A DNA stretch of 64,000 bases from NCBI GenBank assembly GCA_028277725.1, contig JANQFX010000118.1, positions 241 to 64,240 of the forward strand. Direction: 5' to 3'. Below the pieces are notes generated by a model. The model was not told the DNA's origin. It did no database searches and was given only the letters and a program-made list of their open reading frames with translations. Each line of letters opens with the position of its first letter. Within the stretch, counting starts at the first letter, position 1. Positions 59,700-64,000 of the stretch are shown here, piece by piece. This DNA is from Thiohalocapsa sp. (GTDB taxonomy: Bacteria; Pseudomonadota; Gammaproteobacteria; Chromatiales; Chromatiaceae). Position numbers and translations under genes: made by a program.

Positions 59700-61370
59700 T
59701 TAACCCAGCATCGGGAAACTCACCGCAATGGCCACCGCGAACGCCAGTGCATTGGTGATGGCGGCCACCAGTGGCTGGCCGGTGCGGCGGAAGATCCAGC
59801 CGCTGAACAGCCCGTAGACCAGGAACAGCACCAGGATGGCCGGGATGATGATGACCAGGAAGAACAAGTCCCGCGCGGCGAGGTCCATGCCGAATCGGCT
59901 CGACAGCCACATGGTCACGAAGTCCAACAGGATCGCGATCACGAGCGAAAGCAGGAACATGACCTTGGTCAGCCCATAACCGGCCCGGGGCGCACGCCGG
60001 CCGCGGGTCAGCCATTCATCGGCCGTGAACCAGAGCAGGGTACCGGCGAAGAGCGCCGCCACGCCGACGAGCCGGTGCGGTGCCGGCAGGAAGCTCGCGA
60101 CGAACCAGTCCGTCGGCAGCGACAGCGCAAGCGTCTCGAACGCGGCGACCGCAGCAACGGCACCCAGCAGCGCCGCCGCGCTCGTGCCGGTGAGTTTGAG
60201 CGGTGCTCCCGCACGCCACAGCATGATCCAGGTGAGCAGTCCGTAGAGCCCGAAGTGCAGTGCGATGTAGTCGCCGATGGCGAGCGCCAGGAAATCCGAG
60301 GGCACCGGCCACAGCAGCAGCGGCGTCAGCATTGCCGGCAGCGCGGCAATGGGCCAGAATCGCCGCCAGCCCCAGCCGTCCACGGAGCCGGCGCCCTGGG
60401 GGTGTTCCGACACCCGCGGCAGGCGCAGCGCCAGCGGCCAGGCGAGCAGCAGCACGCCGAGGAAGTAGAGCCCGAGCCAAGGGCCGCGCTGATCGATGCC
60501 GGATCCAGGTGCCTGACCATCCGCCGCGGGCCCGTCGAAGGTCGCGTCCAGCCAACGCAGCGCCGCATGCAGCGAGACACTGCTGAAGAGCACGCCGATG
60601 TGCTCGACGTTCTCCGCGACCACCAGTTCGCGCGCCGTACCGTCTTCGATGCTGCCGTAAATGGTCTCGAGCTGCACCGCGGCGGGCTCGATGCCGCCGG
60701 TATCCGCCACCGCCGCGCGCCCCTGGTCCTGCACCATCCGGGGCTCCCAGGCGCCGAAGATGAAGAGCAGGTTGGTGGTGGGCAGTCGGTCCAGTGGCAG
60801 GGACAGATAGGGTGAGACGGCGACGATGGCCGCCACCTCGGGGCCGCCCCCGGCGTCGGGCCCGGCATCTGCCTGGCCCGCGACATAGCGGGTAGCGATG
60901 TCCCCGGCCATGGAGTGTCCGAGCAACGCCAGGCGCCCGTCCGATCCAGGCAATGCCCGCGCGAAGTCCACGACGACAGACTGCGCTCGCAGCAGGGCTG
61001 CCGCGCGCGCCTCTTCACCGATCTGCCCGGCCAGCAGTTGCGCATTGCGGCCATGGCCCGGAAAGTCGAACAGCACCGCCCGGTAGCCGTTGCGTGCCAG
61101 GCTCACACCGAAGGGATGCATGAGTTGCCGGGAGCCGGCGAAACCGTGTGCCACGATGACCACCGGGCCGGGCGGCGCGCCCTTGGGCTCCATCACCGTC
61201 ACCGGGACCCCGCCGACCGTGGTGCTCTCCACCGCCAGGCCCGAATAGGCGCCGAACAGTCCGACCAGCCCGGCCAGCATCAGCGCCAGGCCTGCGGCCG
61301 CCGCGAGCCCATGTGCCAGATGCCGGCGTGCAGACCGGGTCGCGGGTGCTCGGGTGGCGGTCTCGGTCAC
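59700..61370 (-). CDS. Alpha/beta hydrolase fused to a multi-TM C-terminal domain
   Basis: HGFAGS, FDFPGHG, GHSMAG and 'EHIGVL', then about 8 TM helices. Start uncertain. Confidence 0.8.
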   Translation of the reverse strand: MTETATRAPATRSARRHLAHGLAAAAGLALMLAGLVGLFGAYSGLAVESTTVGGVPVTVMEPKGAPPGPVVIVAHGFAGSRQLMHPFGVSLARNGYRAVLFDFPGHGRNAQLLAGQIGEEARAAALLRAQSVVVDFARALPGSDGRLALLGHSMAGDIATRYVAGQADAGPDAGGGPEVAAIVAVSPYLSLPLDRLPTTNLLFIFGAWEPRMVQDQGRAAVADTGGIEPAAVQLETIYGSIEDGTARELVVAENVEHIGVLFSSVSLHAALRWLDATFDGPAADGQAPGSGIDQRGPWLGLYFLGVLLLAWPLALRLPRVSEHPQGAGSVDGWGWRRFWPIAALPAMLTPLLLWPVPSDFLALAIGDYIALHFGLYGLLTWIMLWRAGAPLKLTGTSAAALLGAVAAVAAFETLALSLPTDWFVASFLPAPHRLVGVAALFAGTLLWFTADEWLTRGRRAPRAGYGLTKVMFLLSLVIAILLDFVTMWLSSRFGMDLAARDLFFLVIIIPAILVLFLVYGLFSGWIFRRTGQPLVAAITNALAFAVAIAVSFPMLG

Positions 61371-61402
61371 GGGCGTCGGATACGCTCGGTTGGGCGGCGG
61401 GA

Positions 61403-61918
61403 TCAGAAGCCGTCTGTGGACGTGAACAGGCCCACGCGCAGATCCTTGGCGGTGTAGATCTCGCGGCCGTCCACGTCCATCACGCCGTCGCCGATACCGA
61501 GCACCAGCTTGCGGGCGATGACACGCTTGATGTTGACGCGGTAAGTGACCTTCTTCGCCGTCGGCAACACCTGGCCGGTGAACTTGACCTCGCCGACGCC
61601 GAGCGCGCGGCCGTGGCCCGGGTTGCCGATCCAGGCCAGATAGAAGCCGACGATCTGCCACATGGCGTCCAGGCCGAGGCAGCCCGGCATGACCGGGTCG
61701 CCCGGGAAGTGGCAGTCGAAGAACCAGAGGTCCGGCTTGATGTCCAGCTCGGCGACGATCTCGCCCTTGCCGAAGTCACCGCCGTGGTCGGCGATGCGGA
61801 TCACGCGGTCCATCATCAGCATGTTGGGCACCGGCAACTGGGCGTTGCCGGGGCCGAACATCTCGCCATAGCCGCAGGCGAGCAGCTGGTCGCGCTCGAA
61901 GGATTCGGTCTTGCTCAT
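61403..61918 (-). CDS. fabA: 3-hydroxyacyl-ACP dehydratase/isomerase FabA
   Basis: Motifs [33 protein letters not shown] and GRALG. Confidence 0.96.
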   Translation of the reverse strand: MSKTESFERDQLLACGYGEMFGPGNAQLPVPNMLMMDRVIRIADHGGDFGKGEIVAELDIKPDLWFFDCHFPGDPVMPGCLGLDAMWQIVGFYLAWIGNPGHGRALGVGEVKFTGQVLPTAKKVTYRVNIKRVIARKLVLGIGDGVMDVDGREIYTAKDLRVGLFTSTDGF

Positions 61919-61986
61919 GCAGAAGGGTCCAGGTTGTTGGCGGGCGCCGCTGGTGGCGCTCACCGGTGAGCGGGGCGGTCGACCGA

Positions 61987-63714
61987 TCAGACGGTCAGCC
62001 GGCGCTCCAGGAAGGAGACGATGTCGTCGAGGTCGATGAGCTGCATGTCCGCATCGGCGCGGCCCTTGTACTCGACCTTGCCGTCGTCCAGGTGCTTGTC
62101 GCCGACGACGACGCGGTGCGGTATGCCGATCAGCTCCATGTCCGCGAACATGAAGCCCGGGCGCACGTCGCGGTCGTCCAGCAGCACCTCGATGCCGACG
62201 GCGGTGAGGCGTTCGTAGAGGTCGTCCACCGCGTCGCGCACGCGGAAGGACTTGGCGTATTTCATCGGCAGCAAAGCCACCTGGAAGGGCGCGATGGCCG
62301 TCGGCCAGAGGATGCCGCGGTCGTCGTGGTGCTGCTCGATGGCGGCTGCGACGACACGCGACACGCCGATGCCGTAACAGCCCATGGTCATGGTTACGGC
62401 CTTGCCGGCGTCGTCCAGCACCGTCGCCTTCATGGCCTCGGAGTACTTGGTGCCGAGCTGGAAGATGTGGCCCACTTCGATGCCGCGGGCGATGGTGATC
62501 CTGCCGCGGCCGTCGGGGCTCGGGTCGCCCTCGACGACGTTGCGCAGGTCCGCCACTTCGGGTTCCGGCAGGTCGCGGCCCCAGTTGAGACCGAACCAGT
62601 GCTTGCCGTCGACATTGGCGCCGGCGCTGAAGTCCGCGACCACGGCGGCCGCGCGGTCGACTACGCAGGGGATGGGCAGCGCCTTCGGGCCCAGCGATCC
62701 GGGGCCGGCGCCGATCGCGGCGCGGATCTCATCCTCGGTGGCCATGCGCAGCGGGGCGGCGACGCCCGGTAGCTTCTCGGCCTTGACCGCGTTCAGCTCA
62801 TGATCGCCGCGTACCAGCAGCGCCACCAGACCCCGCTCCTCGCCCGTGTCCGGGTCGGCCCCGGCCGCCACCAGGGTCTTGACCGTGCGCTCGATGGGCT
62901 GGTCGTAACCCTGCACCAGGTCGGCGATGGTCTTGGCGTCGGGCGTGTCGACGATGCGCGCCTCCTCGCTCGGCGCCGCGGGTGCCTCGGCCGGTGCGAC
63001 GGCCTCGGCCAGCTCGACGTTGGCGGCATAGTCGCCGTCGGTGGAGAAGGCGATGGCGTCTTCGCCGGAGTCCGCCAGCACGTGGAACTCGTGCGATGCG
63101 TTGCCGCCGATGCTGCCGGTGTCCGCCTGCACGGCGCGGAAGTCGAGCCCGCAGCGGCGGAAGATGCGGCTGTAGGCCTCGTACATGACGTCGTAGGTCT
63201 CGGCCAGCGAGTCCTGATCCACATGGAAGGAATAGGCGTCCTTCATCAGGAACTCGCGCGCGCGCATGACGCCGAAGCGCGGCCGCACCTCGTCGCGGAA
63301 CTTGGTCTGGACCTGATAGAAGTTGACCGGCAGCTGCTTGTAGCTCTTGATCTCACCGCGCGCCAGATCGGTGATGATCTCCTCGTGTGTCGGGCCGAAG
63401 CAGAAGTCGCGCTGGTGGCGGTCCGACAGACGCAGCAGCTCGGGCCCGTACTGCTCCCAGCGGCCCGACTCCTGCCACAGCTCCGCCGGCTGCACCGCCG
63501 GCATGGAGACCTCCAGCGCGCCGGCGCGATTCATCTCCTCGCGCACGATGCGCTCCACCTTGCGCAGCACCCGCAGACCGAGCGGCAGCCAGGTGTAGAG
63601 ACCGGCGGCGAGCTTGCGGATCATGCCCGCACGGAGCATGAGCTGGTGGCTCGCGATCTCCGCGTCGGCAGGGGTCTCTTTGACGGTCTGGAGCGGGAAG
63701 CGGGAGGTACGCAT
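61987..63714 (-). CDS. proS: Proline--tRNA ligase
   Basis: [28 protein letters not shown] editing domain, [11 protein letters not shown] and GCYGIG. Confidence 0.97.
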   Translation of the reverse strand: MRTSRFPLQTVKETPADAEIASHQLMLRAGMIRKLAAGLYTWLPLGLRVLRKVERIVREEMNRAGALEVSMPAVQPAELWQESGRWEQYGPELLRLSDRHQRDFCFGPTHEEIITDLARGEIKSYKQLPVNFYQVQTKFRDEVRPRFGVMRAREFLMKDAYSFHVDQDSLAETYDVMYEAYSRIFRRCGLDFRAVQADTGSIGGNASHEFHVLADSGEDAIAFSTDGDYAANVELAEAVAPAEAPAAPSEEARIVDTPDAKTIADLVQGYDQPIERTVKTLVAAGADPDTGEERGLVALLVRGDHELNAVKAEKLPGVAAPLRMATEDEIRAAIGAGPGSLGPKALPIPCVVDRAAAVVADFSAGANVDGKHWFGLNWGRDLPEPEVADLRNVVEGDPSPDGRGRITIARGIEVGHIFQLGTKYSEAMKATVLDDAGKAVTMTMGCYGIGVSRVVAAAIEQHHDDRGILWPTAIAPFQVALLPMKYAKSFRVRDAVDDLYERLTAVGIEVLLDDRDVRPGFMFADMELIGIPHRVVVGDKHLDDGKVEYKGRADADMQLIDLDDIVSFLERRLTV

Positions 63715-64000
63715 CGGGAGGGTTGCCAGGCAAATCGCGAAAGGATAGCGAGCCGCATCGCGTGAAACAAGGCGCGGTGGGGGGCGCGTCGGCATCGACG
63801 GTGTTCGCGCTGGCGCGTGCGGCGGGACATCGACGAGGATGAGGACCGGCCTGCCTCTGCTAGACTAACGGCGCAGCCTTAGGTCGCACGTTCGACAACA
63901 TGAGCTTCGAGCTCATCCCCCCTCTCGCTGGCGCCACCGTCATCGCCAGTGGCTCCGGCGTACGGATCAGGCAACATCTCAATCGCAGCTACGGCAGCGG

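Noticed and set aside
63900-64000. ORF start (MSFELIPPLAG...) divergent from proS
   Set aside because: Only about 33 codons lie inside the window, too few to identify.

Overview
A high-GC gammaproteobacterial chromosomal window; the gene content and protein style are consistent with a Chromatiaceae-like purple sulfur bacterium, which is an inference. The core backbone is a surface-glycosylation cluster with kdsA (1-9.4 kb), ubiE-ubiJ-ubiB, folate/pterin genes, plsY/tsaD, rpsU-yqeY-dnaG-rpoD-tRNA-Ile2, tRNA-Leu-rnr-rlmB, recJ, an HtrA-type protease, fabA and proS. Two accessory iron blocks stand out. (A) 29.1-35.7 kb lies in a region bracketed by two inward-facing tRNAs. It holds a ferrosome-like (fez) cluster: a P1B-6/FezB-type ATPase (DYSCALKL, HNGTT), two HMA2-type proteins, two MamC-like proteins that keep the acidic ExxxD loop, and GxxxG membrane proteins, two of them with long Q/G/Y/A-rich prion-like N-termini. 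A divergent HemS-like gene lies nearby. (B) 47.3-57.7 kb is a divergent locus with a Fur-like box between its arms. One arm encodes an LbtU-family porin, a DUF4198 protein and an FpvJ/NikL-like periplasmic protein. The other encodes FeoA, an enlarged FeoB, a Cys-rich partner, a non-canonical ABC ATPase, two membrane proteins and an M14-fold hydrolase. The window also has a PEP-CTERM-type surface protein with a sigma54 promoter, decayed genes (sensor kinase, PhnD-like binding protein, NUDIX hydrolase) and a dispersed (GTTGTC)n inverted-repeat family. All family assignments come from motif recognition, not from database searches.
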